A stretch of 64,000 bases of DNA from Chthoniobacterales bacterium (GTDB lineage Bacteria; Verrucomicrobiota; Verrucomicrobiia; Chthoniobacterales; UBA10450), in assembly GCA_965217815.1 (NCBI GenBank), contig CBDCJI010000001.1, forward strand, positions 527,088 through 591,087. The letters run 5' to 3'. Both the position numbers and the translations under genes were made by a program. Positions 63,803 to 64,000 of this stretch are shown here, in pieces. The notes below the pieces were generated by a model. That model made no database searches, was not told the DNA's origin, and saw nothing but the letters and a program-made list of their open reading frames with translations. How positions within the stretch are numbered: position 1 is the first letter of the stretch; each line of letters starts with the position of its first letter.

Positions 63803-64000
63803 AAATGAAGCGGGCGAGTAAACGCAAGACACCTCCAGGAGTGAACGCTAAACAGATACGTGGCGGAGCGGGAATGACTCGCGGCCCTAACGAACAACGC
63901 AATCCTCGCGCTCGCGGAGCGAAGCGTCTAGAGGAGCGCCCCAACCTAACGAAGTCGACTGGTTAGCTAGACCGAAGCGGTCGTCGCGGGCTCCCGGCTG

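Noticed and set aside
8162-63952. Explanation of the CCTAACGA word as a conserved peptide motif or as part of a larger repeat element
   Set aside because: The copies occupy different reading frames and both orientations within unrelated genes. Flanks beyond about 1-2 nt are not conserved, so neither a peptide motif nor a longer mobile repeat explains it.
1-64000. CRISPR arrays, rRNA genes, canonical tRNA genes
   Set aside because: No regularly spaced direct repeats were seen. No rRNA-like conserved stretches were seen. The only T-arm/acceptor-like sequence found is the tmRNA at 5304-5657.

Overview
High-GC chromosomal segment from a diderm bacterium. Its gene content is reminiscent of PVC/Verrucomicrobia-type genomes, but that is only an impression. 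From left to right, the window contains the following. (1) 1-5303: the right end of an integrative mobilizable/conjugative element (MobF relaxase, excisionase-type HTH, tyrosine integrase) inserted at the 3' end of the tmRNA gene ssrA (5304-5657, minus strand). (2) 5581-6944: a nucleotidyltransferase-type toxin/antitoxin pair bracketed by a direct duplication of the first ~77 nt of ssrA. (3) 6991-22644: about 15.6 kb in two divergent operons. These encode three multiheme c-type cytochromes (5, 4 and 10 CXXCH motifs), a putative outer-membrane beta-barrel, a membrane-anchored FAD/NAD(P)/2Fe-2S reductase, a duplicated-domain lipoprotein, dedicated System II cytochrome c maturation genes (ccsB, ccsA), a fusion of two cNMP-binding domains to a 4x[4Fe-4S] ferredoxin, and a His-rich membrane protein. 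(4) 22767-51531: housekeeping genes (msrA, trmB, comEC, fahA, rpsT, pdhABC, dgt, aroD, ribE and others), interrupted at 41373-45010 by an AT-richer islet with a split HTTM/gamma-carboxylase-like gene, an orphan modA and decayed genes. (5) 51901-63567: a TonB-dependent receptor, an AT-richer accessory patch (methyltransferase, transglutaminase-like peptidase, gene-less 1.2 kb), then a discoidin-domain protein, alkaline phosphatase and gpmI. The most striking sequence-level signal is a dispersed word, GCCTAACGA (core CCTAACGA). I counted 48 exact core copies by eye between 8162 and 63952, in both orientations and in all reading frames. It is absent from the mobile element and the accessory patches, which resembles a DNA-uptake-signal-like genome signature. 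Two families of palindromic intergenic repeats are also present. No CRISPR array, rRNA or tRNA was seen. Many long ORFs in the track are GC-rich antisense shadows and were discarded.
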